Assembly (NCBI GenBank): GCA_041664605.1
Contig: JBAYKO010000001.1
Location: forward strand, 83,586 to 147,585
Origin: Minisyncoccota bacterium
Lineage (GTDB): Bacteria; Patescibacteriota; Minisyncoccia; Phycocordibacterales; UBA9973
Direction: 5' to 3'
DNA length: 64,000 bases
The notes under the pieces were generated by a model. That model saw nothing but the letters and a program-made list of their open reading frames with translations. It made no database searches and was not told the DNA's origin. A program made the position numbers and the translations under genes. The first letter of the stretch is position 1. The number at the start of each line of letters is the position of its first letter. Below are positions 46,403 through 56,097 of this stretch, piece by piece.

Positions 46403-47458
46403 TTAAACCATATCTTTGTTCACACTTGAAACATTTAAACCTGCTACATTGTTCATTAACCATATCAATTCTTCTTTGCTAAGAGTTTGCAGAAGTTGTT
46501 GTATCGCATAATTCCCTATAATCACTTCATCTTCAATCATTTTCCAAAAAGTTTCTTCAGTAAAATCTTCTGTTGAAGCATCATATATCCCATGTTCCTT
46601 AAGTAAATATTTTAATTCATTCATTCTTGCTTGAATTTCAGTTGGGTCATTCAAATATTCACTGCCACTATTAGCCATTTCGTTAAAAATAAATACGGTA
46701 AATGATTTTAGATTTTCACCAGACTGGTCCGCATCATGAGAAAATTCATGTGTTGAAACTGAATTAGTACCATAATTTAAGAAATCTGCTCTTATTTTTG
46801 TAGTATCACCATCAATATCATAAGAACCTAAAACTGTTCCACCTTCTAATAAACTTATGTCTTCTATACTGTCGACTACATAAATTTTCCCATTACTTAA
46901 TGAGTAAAGACGATAGTTAATTTCTTTTTCAATATCTTCTATTTCACTTATTGGAATATTAGAAGTATCTGGATCTGGTAATAATTCTGCTAACCTTTCT
47001 GTATCATCAGGGTTTGTTTCAATTCTTAAAGTATCATCGTCTTTATAATCTTTATTTTCACTTGGTTTTGAATTAGCTAAATAATTATTATAAATTTCTG
47101 GGTAATTATGACTTCTTAAATATTCTTTTGTAAGTCTTTCTTTAAACTTTGGAGATTGAATATAATCTTTAAACCACGATCTTTGTTCTTCAATCATTTT
47201 TTCAATATTTTCTTTTTTTGAACTATCAATATTTACTTGCCATTCTATTTTATGTTTATCTTCTAAAACACCACTTTTATTAAATCGCTGATTGTCATTA
47301 TCTTGTGCATGAGCTTGCCCAAAACCAATCATTGTAGACACAATAATAATCTTTAAAATTTTTTTTATCTGTTCCGGTGATCCCTCTAATATTTTTTTAA
47401 ATATATAACTTTTGTTTTGGGCTTTTTCTATTTTGTTAAAGTTGTTTAAATTTTTCAT
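46403..47458 (-). CDS. Secreted hypothetical protein with HExxH (HEFSH) zinc-metallopeptidase-like motif
   Basis: Signal peptide (MIGFGQAHA), STHEFSHDAD motif, acidic repeats. Confidence 0.45.
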   Translation of the reverse strand: MKNLNNFNKIEKAQNKSYIFKKILEGSPEQIKKILKIIIVSTMIGFGQAHAQDNDNQRFNKSGVLEDKHKIEWQVNIDSSKKENIEKMIEEQRSWFKDYIQSPKFKERLTKEYLRSHNYPEIYNNYLANSKPSENKDYKDDDTLRIETNPDDTERLAELLPDPDTSNIPISEIEDIEKEINYRLYSLSNGKIYVVDSIEDISLLEGGTVLGSYDIDGDTTKIRADFLNYGTNSVSTHEFSHDADQSGENLKSFTVFIFNEMANSGSEYLNDPTEIQARMNELKYLLKEHGIYDASTEDFTEETFWKMIEDEVIIGNYAIQQLLQTLSKEELIWLMNNVAGLNVSSVNKDMV

Positions 47459-47462
47459 ATTT

Positions 47463-47795
47463 TTACTCCCAGAAAATTAAGACTAAAGAAAATACTCCTA
47501 GTATCATTCCAATTATTTGAATTTTATTTGTCGTCTCACTGTAAAAATAAAGACCAATAATCAAAGCTAAGATAGCGGAAGCGATGGAAAAAATAATCGC
47601 TCCACGGGCAAGACCTGAGCCAGTTTTAATACTCCAAAGCCAAAAAATATTAGCAATAATATAGCCTGAAATTGCCAAGACCCAAAAATACCAATGACCT
47701 TTAAGTGAATACTCTTTAGCTAAAATATCAGCAATACTTTCAAATATTATTAAAAAAATTAAAGGAATTATCCAAAACATTTTATTTGATTCCAT
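47463..47795 (-). CDS. SMR/DMT-superfamily 4-TM small membrane transporter
   Basis: Four TM helices with conserved TM1 glutamate (IFESIADILAKEYS), EmrE-like. 110 aa. Confidence 0.55.
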   Translation of the reverse strand: MESNKMFWIIPLIFLIIFESIADILAKEYSLKGHWYFWVLAISGYIIANIFWLWSIKTGSGLARGAIIFSIASAILALIIGLYFYSETTNKIQIIGMILGVFSLVLIFWE

Positions 47796-48645
47796 TAAAC
47801 AATTTTAATCTGGCTTCGACAACTTTTTCTATCTCTTCAACTGATTTTTTTTCTAATTTATATGGCGCAATTTCTTCAGGGTTCTCTTTTAGTGATTCTT
47901 CAAGTCCTTTTCTAAAAGCCACTCTTATTTCTGTGTTGATATGGATTATTGAAATTCCGGCCTCAATTGCTTTTATAAAATCTTCATCTGTTATTCCAGA
48001 TCCACCATGTAAAACAAGTGGTACTCCACACTCAACCCTGATTTGTTTTATTCTTTCAATATTCAAGCTCGGATTTGGCATATCTTTAAACATTCCATGA
48101 ATATTACCCACTGACGGGGAAAACAAATCCACACCAGTTTCTTCCACATATTTTTTTGCATCTTCGGGTGTAGTAAAAGTCTCAGGAGAAATACCTTCTG
48201 GAATTTTATCTAACATTTTTGATGAAGTCCCAATATAACCAAGTTCTCCTTCAACTAATATGTTTGGGTTGATACTTTTTGCATACAGAACACATTGTTT
48301 TGTAATTTTGATATTTTCTTCAATTGGTAATTTTGCTCCATCAAAAATAACTGCATCATAACCAGCATCGATTACTGCTTTTACAGATTCAAAACTATAG
48401 TGATGGTCGGCATTTAAAAATATTGGATAATTATCTTTCTCCCGAATTTCTTTAATTAAAGCTACTGCTTCATTTTTTCCAAAAAATTCTTCCTCTCCTT
48501 CTGAAAGTCCAATAATCACTGGTAAATTTAATTTTTTCGCCACTTGATAGATTCCATGCAAGGCTTCTAAGTTTGAAATATTAAAATGTCCAATGGCTTT
48601 ATGGTTTTTATCAGCTTCCAATATATACTCTTTTAAAGTTTTCAT
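47782..48645 (-). CDS. fba: Class II fructose-bisphosphate aldolase
   Basis: GHFN, LNADHH, LVLHGGSG zinc/phosphate-binding motifs. Confidence 0.85.
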   Translation of the reverse strand: MKTLKEYILEADKNHKAIGHFNISNLEALHGIYQVAKKLNLPVIIGLSEGEEEFFGKNEAVALIKEIREKDNYPIFLNADHHYSFESVKAVIDAGYDAVIFDGAKLPIEENIKITKQCVLYAKSINPNILVEGELGYIGTSSKMLDKIPEGISPETFTTPEDAKKYVEETGVDLFSPSVGNIHGMFKDMPNPSLNIERIKQIRVECGVPLVLHGGSGITDEDFIKAIEAGISIIHINTEIRVAFRKGLEESLKENPEEIAPYKLEKKSVEEIEKVVEARLKLFNGIK

Positions 48646-48698
48646 ACATCTAATTATAACATATTGAAGTTCTTTAATTTATTTAAATATGATAAAAT

Positions 48699-49742
48699 AT
48701 GGGCATGTTTAATAAAAAACCTAAGAAAATAGATTTTTTAGCTGTTGGTGATATGACCACAGATGCCTTTATAAGATTAAAAGATGCTGAAGCTTTAATG
48801 AATAATGGCACACTAGAACTTTGTGTTCGCTTTGGAGACAAGGTTCCTTATGAATCAGTGGAAGTTGTCAGAGCTGTTGGAAATAGTGCTAATGCTGCAG
48901 TTTCGGCTGCTAAATTTGGACTCACATCAGCTTTATTTGTAAACATTGGAGATGATGAAAACGGGAGAGAATGCGTTGATGTTCTAAAAAAATCAAATGT
49001 TTTAACAAATTATATAAAAATAAATAAAGGCCTACCAACAAATTATCATTATGTTCTTTGGTATGGTGCTGATAGAACGATTTTAGTAAAACATACAGAA
49101 TATGATTATAAATTTCCACAAGACCTTGAAGAACCGAGTTGGATTTATTTAAGTTCTCTTGCAGAAAATACAGAAAAATTTCATTTAGAAATTGCTGAAT
49201 ATCTCAAAAAACATCCTGATGTAAAATTATCTTTTCAGCCAGGAACTTTCCAAATGAAACTAGGGACAGATAAATTAAAAGACCTTTATAAACTTTCTGA
49301 ATTATTTTTTTGTAACACAGATGAAGCTAGAAGAATTTTAAATATTGGAAACTCCCTAAACACTTCAGAAAAAGTGTCGGGCAAGGAAGATATTTTAGAA
49401 TTATTAAAAAAAATGCACGAGCTTGGACCAAGAATTGTTTTTATAACAGATGGACCAAAAGGAGCTTACGCGTATAACGGCGCAGATGCTTTATTTATTC
49501 CTTGTTACCCTGATATAAAGCCTCCTTTAAACAGAACTGGTGCTGGAGACGCTTTTGCTTCAACTATTACATCAATGCTTGCACTGGGAAAAACTTTACC
49601 TGAAGCACTAATGATGGGACCAGTTAACTCAATGCATGTTGTTCAATATGTTGGTGCCCAAAAAGGTTTACTTACTATCAAAGAAATAGAAGAGTATCTT
49701 AAAAATGCACCCGAAGATTATAAAGTTAAAAAAATTAATTAA
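48699..49742 (+). CDS. PfkB-family carbohydrate kinase (ribokinase-like)
   Basis: GD-motif N-terminus (AVGDMTTDAF), GG region (GNSANAAV), C-terminal TGAGDAFAS anion hole. Confidence 0.8.
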   Translation: MGMFNKKPKKIDFLAVGDMTTDAFIRLKDAEALMNNGTLELCVRFGDKVPYESVEVVRAVGNSANAAVSAAKFGLTSALFVNIGDDENGRECVDVLKKSNVLTNYIKINKGLPTNYHYVLWYGADRTILVKHTEYDYKFPQDLEEPSWIYLSSLAENTEKFHLEIAEYLKKHPDVKLSFQPGTFQMKLGTDKLKDLYKLSELFFCNTDEARRILNIGNSLNTSEKVSGKEDILELLKKMHELGPRIVFITDGPKGAYAYNGADALFIPCYPDIKPPLNRTGAGDAFASTITSMLALGKTLPEALMMGPVNSMHVVQYVGAQKGLLTIKEIEEYLKNAPEDYKVKKIN

Positions 49743-49766
49743 TCACGAAAAAGAGATTACTCTCTC

Positions 49767-50330
49767 GTGATAGAAAATATGTTTTTAAAAAGTAATAAAA
49801 AAATAGAAAGAATCATTACAGAAAAAAGAAACAAGGGTGAAGATATGACTGAAGAAAAAAAGACCCATGATTTAATTAAAAAAGAATCAGTAGAACTCCC
49901 TGATTATATTTTTGATGAGATATATGAAAGAATATTAATAAAAATAGACAATCTTGGAACAAAAGTAGAGGCATTGAAAACAGAATTTAAAGAAAATGAA
50001 AAAATTTATGATGAGTTAGAAAAACAAAAAGATTACATTAGTAATAAAATAGATGCTATTGAAGAACAATATCATGAAAAATTTATAGCTATGCCAGAAC
50101 TTAAGGGAGATTTTAAAGATATAGAAATATTAATTGGAAATTTAGGAGAATTAACTCTAAAACTAGAAGAATTAACAAACACAATTTCACTCATAAAAAC
50201 TAACCAGTTAAAAATTGAAGAAAAATTAGACTACTTTGAAACCGCATTTAACGATCTCAAAAAATCAATAATTGGTGAAGATAAAGAAGGAAAGGAGATG
50301 GTTGAATTCCCTAATGCTAAACTTAATTAA
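49767..50330 (+). CDS. Hypothetical coiled-coil protein (187 aa)
   Basis: E/K-rich heptad pattern. Confidence 0.45.
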   Translation: MIENMFLKSNKKIERIITEKRNKGEDMTEEKKTHDLIKKESVELPDYIFDEIYERILIKIDNLGTKVEALKTEFKENEKIYDELEKQKDYISNKIDAIEEQYHEKFIAMPELKGDFKDIEILIGNLGELTLKLEELTNTISLIKTNQLKIEEKLDYFETAFNDLKKSIIGEDKEGKEMVEFPNAKLN

Positions 50331-50332
50331 TT

Positions 50333-51319
50333 TTATTTCCCTAAAAATTTTTTAATAGTTTCTGTTATAGATTCTGAATCTAATCCGTAATGTTTGTATA
50401 ATTCTTCTGGATTTCCAGATTGCCCAAATTCATCTTTAATCCCAATAAATCTTATTGGGATTGGAAAATTTTCTGCCAAAACTTCAGCCACAGCACTCCC
50501 TAATCCCCCAGCAATTTGATGATCTTCAATAGTGACAACAGCATTAGTTTTTTTAGCTAATTCAATTATTTTTTCTCTATCGATTGGTTTTATTGTATGC
50601 AAATTCAAAACGATACTTCCAATCCCCTCTTCTTCTAATTTTTTTGCAGAAATTAAAGCATTATAAATTATTGGTCCACAACTTATTATTAAAACTTGTG
50701 GATTCTCTGATTCAAATAAAATATTTGCTTTACCTATTTCAAAGGGAGAATCTTCTGTGGTGATTAGTGGACTTTTTTCACGAATCAATCTTAGATATTG
50801 TGGCCCATCAGTCTTTACCATAGCTATTGTTGCCTTCTTAGCTTCAATTGAATCACACGGAACAACTATCTGCATTCGGGGAAGAACTCTCATTAAAGCA
50901 ATATCTTCTAATGCTTGATGTGATCCTCCATCGGGACCAACAGAAAGTCCAGCATGAGATCCTATTATTTTTACATTTGTATTGTTATAACAAATATTTG
51001 TTCTAATTTGTTCCCAATTTCTTCCCGGTGAAAAAATCGCATACGATGTCGCAAATGGAATTTTACCAACCGAAGCCATCCCTGAAGCTACACTTACTAA
51101 ATTTTGTTCAGCTATTCCAACTTCAAAAAATCTTTCTGGAAACTTTTCTACAAATTTATCTATTTTTACTGATTCTCTTAAATCCGCAGTTAAGACAACT
51201 ACATTTTTATTTTTTTCTCCCGCCTCTAAAAGTCCATCGCCAAAACCATTGCGAATTAATTCTTTTTCGACATCTTTATCAAATAATTTTTTATTTAGTT
51301 TTTGATTTTTATTTAACAT
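50333..51319 (-). CDS. Transketolase, C-terminal subunit (pyrimidine-binding plus C-terminal domain)
   Basis: Split-transketolase subunit B: GIAEQNLVSVASGMA, HAGLSVGPDGGSHQ. Confidence 0.88.
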   Translation of the reverse strand: MLNKNQKLNKKLFDKDVEKELIRNGFGDGLLEAGEKNKNVVVLTADLRESVKIDKFVEKFPERFFEVGIAEQNLVSVASGMASVGKIPFATSYAIFSPGRNWEQIRTNICYNNTNVKIIGSHAGLSVGPDGGSHQALEDIALMRVLPRMQIVVPCDSIEAKKATIAMVKTDGPQYLRLIREKSPLITTEDSPFEIGKANILFESENPQVLIISCGPIIYNALISAKKLEEEGIGSIVLNLHTIKPIDREKIIELAKKTNAVVTIEDHQIAGGLGSAVAEVLAENFPIPIRFIGIKDEFGQSGNPEELYKHYGLDSESITETIKKFLGK

Positions 51320-51342
51320 TATACTTTATGACTTTACAAACT

Positions 51343-52203
51343 TTATGAACTTGATAATTCATTCAGTGCTTTTTCACCCGTTTCTTTATCAATAGTTTTT
51401 CCATGCCATTTATAATCATTTTCAAATTCTTTTACACCTTTTCCAGGAATCGTATGCGCAATAACAATTGAAGCCTTGCCAGAATTTTGAGCTTTTTCTA
51501 TTCCATTAAATATTTCTTCAAAATTATTTCCATCAATTTCTAAAACATTTAAATTAAATGCTTCCAATTTTTCTTTTAATGGTTCAAGAGGTAAAATATC
51601 TTCCGTATTTCCGTCAAGTTGAATTTTATTTCTATCAATAATAATTATTAAATTTTCTAATTTACCCGCCTGCTCCCGACCATTTGGGAGGGCGGGCAGG
51701 TTTTTTCCTGCCAAAAGAAGTGCCTCCCATGTTTGCCCTTCATCAAATTCCCCATCACTCATCAAGCAATAAACTTTATTTTTTTTATCATCTAATCTAA
51801 GTCCGAGAGCCATACCAACAGCCTGAGAAAGCCCTTCTCCAAGTGGTCCCGATGAAGTCTCAACAAGTGGTAAGAAATCACGATGTGGATGCCCTTGAAG
51901 ACGAGAATTCAGCTTTCTTAAGGTCATTAACTCTTCTAATGGAAAATACCCGGAGTGAGCCATTGTAGCGTATAAAACAGGACAAATATGACCATTTGAA
52001 AGCACTAACCTGTCCCTTTTTTCTGAAAGCGGGTTTTTAGGATCATGTTTTAAAATTCCAAAATAAAGAGCTGTAAAAATATCAGCCATTCCAAGTGCTC
52101 CACCTGGGTGCCCAGAACCTACTTCCACAAGCATTTCTATAATAGATTTTCTTATGCTATTTGCTTTGATTTCCAAATCTTTTATTTTTTCTTGAGACAA
52201 CAT
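51343..52203 (-). CDS. Transketolase, N-terminal subunit (TPP-binding)
   Basis: GSGHPGGALGMADI, GDGEFDEGQTWEA TPP/Mg-binding motifs. Confidence 0.88.
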   Translation of the reverse strand: MLSQEKIKDLEIKANSIRKSIIEMLVEVGSGHPGGALGMADIFTALYFGILKHDPKNPLSEKRDRLVLSNGHICPVLYATMAHSGYFPLEELMTLRKLNSRLQGHPHRDFLPLVETSSGPLGEGLSQAVGMALGLRLDDKKNKVYCLMSDGEFDEGQTWEALLLAGKNLPALPNGREQAGKLENLIIIIDRNKIQLDGNTEDILPLEPLKEKLEAFNLNVLEIDGNNFEEIFNGIEKAQNSGKASIVIAHTIPGKGVKEFENDYKWHGKTIDKETGEKALNELSSS

Positions 52204-52242
52204 AATTAAGCTAAGTATACCAAAATAAAACTACAAAAACTA

Positions 52243-52274
52243 CAAAAACCCCCGACCTAGGTCGGGGGTTTTAA
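52243..52274. terminator. Bidirectional terminator (CCCCCGACCTAGGTCGGGGG)
   Basis: Palindromic GC stem 52249-52268 with A/T runs. Confidence 0.8.
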
Positions 52275-52282
52275 AAACATAA

Positions 52283-52597
52283 TCAGAAGATTATTTTTAT
52301 TTTTTTAATAACAGTTCCATTATCAAAAACGAAATTGTTGTATTTTAAAATATCTTCTTTCCTAAGTGTCCTTGCAGAACTTTTGGGGAAATAAACATTA
52401 GTGGATTCAGGATCAAAAACCCAATTTCCAACCCAGTAATTTTTTGTTTTTCCTGTGATTTCAACAATATTGGGTTTTTTCCTACTCACATCAACGGGAT
52501 TTTTCAAAATATTTATTATTGATGCCTTTGTAGCCATCATGTATCGAGGTTTGATTTGAACAATTTTTTCCTCTTCTACAATTTCTCCTTCTGTCAT
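52283..52597 (-). CDS. Hypothetical protein (104 aa)
   Basis: ORF only. Confidence 0.45.
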   Translation of the reverse strand: MTEGEIVEEEKIVQIKPRYMMATKASIINILKNPVDVSRKKPNIVEITGKTKNYWVGNWVFDPESTNVYFPKSSARTLRKEDILKYNNFVFDNGTVIKKIKIIF

Positions 52598-52663
52598 GGA
52601 TTATTTGAATAAAAACTTTTATCTAAATAATGTTATACCTCATTTAAAATAAAAATCAAGTAG

Positions 52664-53350
52664 TTACATATTTTTTAACTCTTCTATTGTCTCCTCAATA
52701 TCCAAACTCTTAAAAATCGCTGAACCCACGACAAGTCTATCTGCGCCAGCATTTTTTAAATCTTCTGCATTTTCTAAATTTACTCCCCCATCTACACTTA
52801 TTGTAAGTTCAGGATATTCTTTTCTTAAATCAGAAATTTTTTCAAGAACTTTATTATCAAAAGATTTACCCTGAAAACCTACTTCTTCTATTGCCATACA
52901 TTGCACAAAATCAACATTGGGAATTATTTTTTTAATAGATTCAATTTGAACATCTAAATTTATAGAAATTCCTATTTCCACACTTTCCCTAACATAGATA
53001 TCAATATTTTTTACAAGCTCATTAAATTCTTCAAAATCATCATCTTTTGTAATATGAAATATTATTCTACTCGCACCCAACTTAAGAAAAAATTCTAAAT
53101 CCTTTATTGCATCTTTTATCATTAAATGAAACTCATAACTTATATCTTCCCAATAAGGCATTCCGTCTTTTTCATTTAAAATCGAGTTTAAACTAGTTTC
53201 ATCTTTTTCTTGAAATGGCCATGTGACATTATCGCAAAGATTTCCATTCATAAGATCAAGTTGTACATAAGGCACAAAAGAAACCACCCGAGAGACTTTC
53301 TCTTTTATTTCGTTAAAATTTTTTGGAATAATTGCAGGAATGACTTGCAT
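52664..53350 (-). CDS. rpe: Ribulose-phosphate 3-epimerase-like TIM-barrel protein
   Basis: VQLDLMNG, HLMI, VDGGV motifs of the Rpe family. Adjacent to rpiB. Confidence 0.65.
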   Translation of the reverse strand: MQVIPAIIPKNFNEIKEKVSRVVSFVPYVQLDLMNGNLCDNVTWPFQEKDETSLNSILNEKDGMPYWEDISYEFHLMIKDAIKDLEFFLKLGASRIIFHITKDDDFEEFNELVKNIDIYVRESVEIGISINLDVQIESIKKIIPNVDFVQCMAIEEVGFQGKSFDNKVLEKISDLRKEYPELTISVDGGVNLENAEDLKNAGADRLVVGSAIFKSLDIEETIEELKNM

Positions 53351-53375
53351 AGGTTTATAGGTTATAGGTTGTAGG

Positions 53376-53819
53376 TTATAGTGAATCTATCTTGTCGATT
53401 CTTCTTAAATGCCGTGCATCTCCAGAAAACTTAGTCTCAAGAAATTTTTTCACAGATTGTATTGCCTCATCTTCATCCATAAATCTTACCCCCAGTGAAA
53501 GAATATTCGCGTCGTTGTGTTCTCTTCCTAATTTAATTATATCCATATTTTTTCCATAATATTCTATGGCCCTAACTCCCTCTACTCTATTTGCATCCAT
53601 TGCTTCCCCTTCTCCTGATCCACCCATAATAATTCCAAAACTTCCCTTATCTTCAGCCACCGCTTTTGCAACAGGAGTTATAAAATCAGGATAATCATCA
53701 TTTGGATTAAACTCATATGCACCCTTATCTTCAACTTGATAACCAAGCTCTTTTAAAAAAGGAATTAATTTTTCCTTTAATTCAAACCCAGCATGATCTG
53801 TTCCGATGTATACTTTCAT
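53376..53819 (-). CDS. rpiB: Ribose-5-phosphate isomerase B (RpiB/LacAB family)
   Basis: MKVYIGTDHAGFELK...GIIMGGSGEGEAMDANR. Confidence 0.88.
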   Translation of the reverse strand: MKVYIGTDHAGFELKEKLIPFLKELGYQVEDKGAYEFNPNDDYPDFITPVAKAVAEDKGSFGIIMGGSGEGEAMDANRVEGVRAIEYYGKNMDIIKLGREHNDANILSLGVRFMDEDEAIQSVKKFLETKFSGDARHLRRIDKIDSL

Positions 53820-53820
53820 A

Positions 53821-54060
53821 TTAATTTTTTAATCCTTTATATCTTAAACAATCTTTAAATAATCTTTCTTGATTATCTAGCCATGCCTGGCTATTAATAA
53901 ACTCTTGATTATGAGAAAAATTATATAAAAATGTTTCATTATTACAATTCTTCCTTATATGTGCAGGTCTTAATTGAAACCAGTAAAAACCCCCACCCAA
54001 AATAATAATAATTAAAATAATAAACCTCCAATTATTTAATTCTTTTAAAACTTTTTTCAT
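53821..54060 (-). CDS. Hypothetical small membrane protein (79 aa)
   Basis: One TM helix. Preceded by TAACTTTATAACTTT repeats. Confidence 0.4.
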   Translation of the reverse strand: MKKVLKELNNWRFIILIIIILGGGFYWFQLRPAHIRKNCNNETFLYNFSHNQEFINSQAWLDNQERLFKDCLRYKGLKN

Positions 54061-54158
54061 ATTATTTATAACTTTATAACTTTATAACTTTCTACCTTAT
54101 CATCTTCCCTACTTTAATTACATGATCAACTAATGTATAAGCCTGCCCGCACACTTGT

Positions 54159-55193
54159 TTAATTAATAAATTTCCCCGCCCTTACCACATGATCAACTAG
54201 TGTGTGAGTATACCCCATTTCGTTATCATACCAAGCTAAAACTTTTACTAAATTTCCACCAACTACTCTTGTTAATCCCAAATCAGCAATGGAACCATGT
54301 GGGTTTCCTAAAATATCACTTGAAACGAGTTCTTCTTCGGTCACATCAAAAATACCTTGCCAACGAGGATCGCTTGCTGCCTTTTTTAAAATCTCATTCA
54401 CTTCTTCTTTGGTAGTATTTCTTTTTGAAATAAAAGTAACATCAACAATAGATCCAGAAACAATCGGCACCCTAATTGAAATTCCATCAAAAAGACCTTC
54501 TAGTTGCGGAATAGCTTTGGTTATTGATATCGCTGCTCCTGTTGAAGTGGGAACAATATTATGTCCAGCTGATCTTCCTTCTCTCCAATTGTTTTTATTT
54601 GGTGCATCTACTGTTGGCTGATTGATAGTGTTTGCATGAGTTGTATTTAATAATGCTTTTTCAATACCTAATGCTTCATCTAAAATAGCAATGAGTGGAC
54701 TCCCAGCATTTGTTGTACAAGAAGCATTTGAAGTAATAATACATCTTTCTAATTCTTTTTCATTAATTCCCATTAAAACTGTAGCCCCAGGAATATCACT
54801 GGAAGGTTCATCTTTCATCGGACCAGTAACAACAACTTTTTTAGCTCCACAATCTAAATGAAATTTTGATTTTTCGAAAGAAGTGAAAAGTCCTGTGCTT
54901 TCAACCACTACATCGATATTTAAATCTTTCCACGGTAATTTTGTAGTGTCTTTTTCTGATAAAAATTTTATAGTTTTTCCTTCAATAATTAAATCTGTCC
55001 CAACTACTTCAATTTTTTTATCCCATTTTCCATAAACAGTATCGTGATGAAGTAAGTAAGCCATATTTGATATGTCACCCAAATCATTTGCTGCCACTAT
55101 TTCAATCTCGGGACGCTCCCAGGCGATTTTCAAAAAAGCTCTCCCAACTCTTCCAAAACCATTTATTGCTACACGTGTTGTTTTATTTGCCAT
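54159..55193 (-). CDS. gap: Glyceraldehyde-3-phosphate dehydrogenase (type I)
   Basis: NGFGRVGR NAD-binding, catalytic ASCTTN. Confidence 0.93.
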   Translation of the reverse strand: MANKTTRVAINGFGRVGRAFLKIAWERPEIEIVAANDLGDISNMAYLLHHDTVYGKWDKKIEVVGTDLIIEGKTIKFLSEKDTTKLPWKDLNIDVVVESTGLFTSFEKSKFHLDCGAKKVVVTGPMKDEPSSDIPGATVLMGINEKELERCIITSNASCTTNAGSPLIAILDEALGIEKALLNTTHANTINQPTVDAPNKNNWREGRSAGHNIVPTSTGAAISITKAIPQLEGLFDGISIRVPIVSGSIVDVTFISKRNTTKEEVNEILKKAASDPRWQGIFDVTEEELVSSDILGNPHGSIADLGLTRVVGGNLVKVLAWYDNEMGYTHTLVDHVVRAGKFIN

Positions 55194-55305
55194 AATTTCT
55201 TGTCCTGCGAAGCCTTGGCGAAGCAGGATGATTAATTTTTTACTTTTCAGCCATAGGCTGATCCGCCTTGGGCGGAATAACTTTTAACTTACTTGTATTA
55301 TATCA

Positions 55306-55382
55306 CCCTGTAGTGAATTTTGGAAAAATACAAAGTATAAAATCTGATTAAAATCAGATTATTTCCAAAATCTACTACGGGG
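55306..55382 (-). repeat. Divergent short member (G) of the inverted-repeat element family (F-type ends), 110 nt upstream of gap
   Basis: CCCTGTAGTGAATTTTGG ... CCAAAATCTACTACGGGG inverted repeat, similar to copy F ends. Internal palindrome AATCTGATT/AATCAGATT. Does not abut a start codon. Confidence 0.45.
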
Positions 55383-55394
55383 TACTAAATTTAA

Positions 55395-55423
55395 ATAAAA
55401 AAAACCCCGCCGTAGCGGGGTTT
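55395..55423. terminator. Bidirectional terminator (CCCCGCCGTAGCGGGG)
   Basis: Stem 55404-55419 with A7 upstream and T-run downstream. Confidence 0.7.
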
Positions 55424-55649
55424 AGGGTGCAATAGCTCTTTTATTTTTTTACCGCATCAGCGTATAGGTCTGGGATAATAGCCCGAGAGTGCCTTGATAA
55501 ATCAAGATCTCCACCATTTCCATGGCCTACCGGTGAATCTACAGGGGTCAATCGTAACTGACTTGCTTTCGTGTTGTTTTTTAAAAAATTTTAACTACTG
55601 CAAAATTACTATATCAAATCAATAATATAAGTCAAGCCTTAAAATTAAA

Positions 55650-55680
55650 TAAAAAAAGCCCCGGCTGCTGCCGGGGCTGT
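55650..55680 (-). terminator. Rho-independent terminator on minus strand (AGCCCCGGCTGCTGCCGGGGCT + A/T run)
   Basis: Stem 55658-55678. On the minus strand it is followed by TTTTTTTATTT. Confidence 0.7.
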
Positions 55681-56095
55681 AATATCCAAAGACCCACTCT
55701 TTAGATACTTTCCAGTTTACTAGGAAAAATTGCTGGTGACTTTATGGGTTTGGTCCAAAGTCAATACTCCATCAATAAATCCTAACTGTGTTTCGAAAAT
55801 TGTCTTCGAGGTTTAAACGCAAAACTTGCTACTTTTTCGCCTAGGTGCCGGCATTATTTACTCTTTGAAAGCTTAACTAATGGTTTGGGGGCACCTTCTT
55901 TCCGCCTATGCTTAATTGTACCTTTATACGTACGTTTCAGCTGATCTGCCTTGCCGAGGGGCGATATATCGCGTACCTGTGGCGTTGTATGGCGGGGCTT
56001 TTTATAAAACACCCGGGGGTTCCCGATGGAGATAAAACTCCGCTGCAATGGGGCTACCCGGTGACTAATAACCTTTGAAGAACAATTTTGTAACT
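55681..56095 (-). ncRNA. Candidate structured ncRNA (GC-rich about 400-nt gene-free block; family unassigned, strand uncertain)
   Basis: About 45% GC versus about 30% background. No credible ORF. Bracketed by a promoter-like TTGACA-16-TATACT (minus) at 56098-56125 and a minus-strand terminator at 55658-55678. Many local helices. Contains a GGAAAG/GGUGCC...GGCACC pairing that could be P4-like, but no full consensus match. Confidence 0.35.
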
Positions 56096-56097
56096 AA

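Noticed and set aside
923-54621. Numerous antisense or overlapping short ORFs from the six-frame track (e.g. 923-1144, 1695-1934, 2200-2388, 2852-3067, 6150-6535, 18486-18715, 19785-20111, 26984-27337, 32617-32949, 41653-41961, 43435-43821, 54200-54621, 57170-57752)
   Set aside because: They lie inside and antisense to, or out of frame with, well-supported conserved genes. They lack start context. They are typical low-complexity or hydrophobic shadow translations of AT-rich DNA.
55421-55590. Purine riboswitch candidate (UAUA junction, two hairpins with AUAAU/AUAAAU loops)
   Set aside because: The J2/3 segment is 3 nt instead of the conserved roughly 8-nt UUUCUACC, and the loop-loop motifs do not match. 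Kept only as a generic structured block.
55880-55960. SRP RNA domain IV (CAAGGCAGAU on the minus strand)
   Set aside because: The partner strand GGAAGCAGC / GUCAGGUCC is absent, so a single 10-mer match is insufficient.
55854-56048. ORF 55854-56048 (-), 64 aa basic protein
   Set aside because: It lies wholly within the GC-rich structured block. It has no RBS or family resemblance, and a basic composition is expected from a GC/purine-rich antisense reading. Treated as a shadow ORF.
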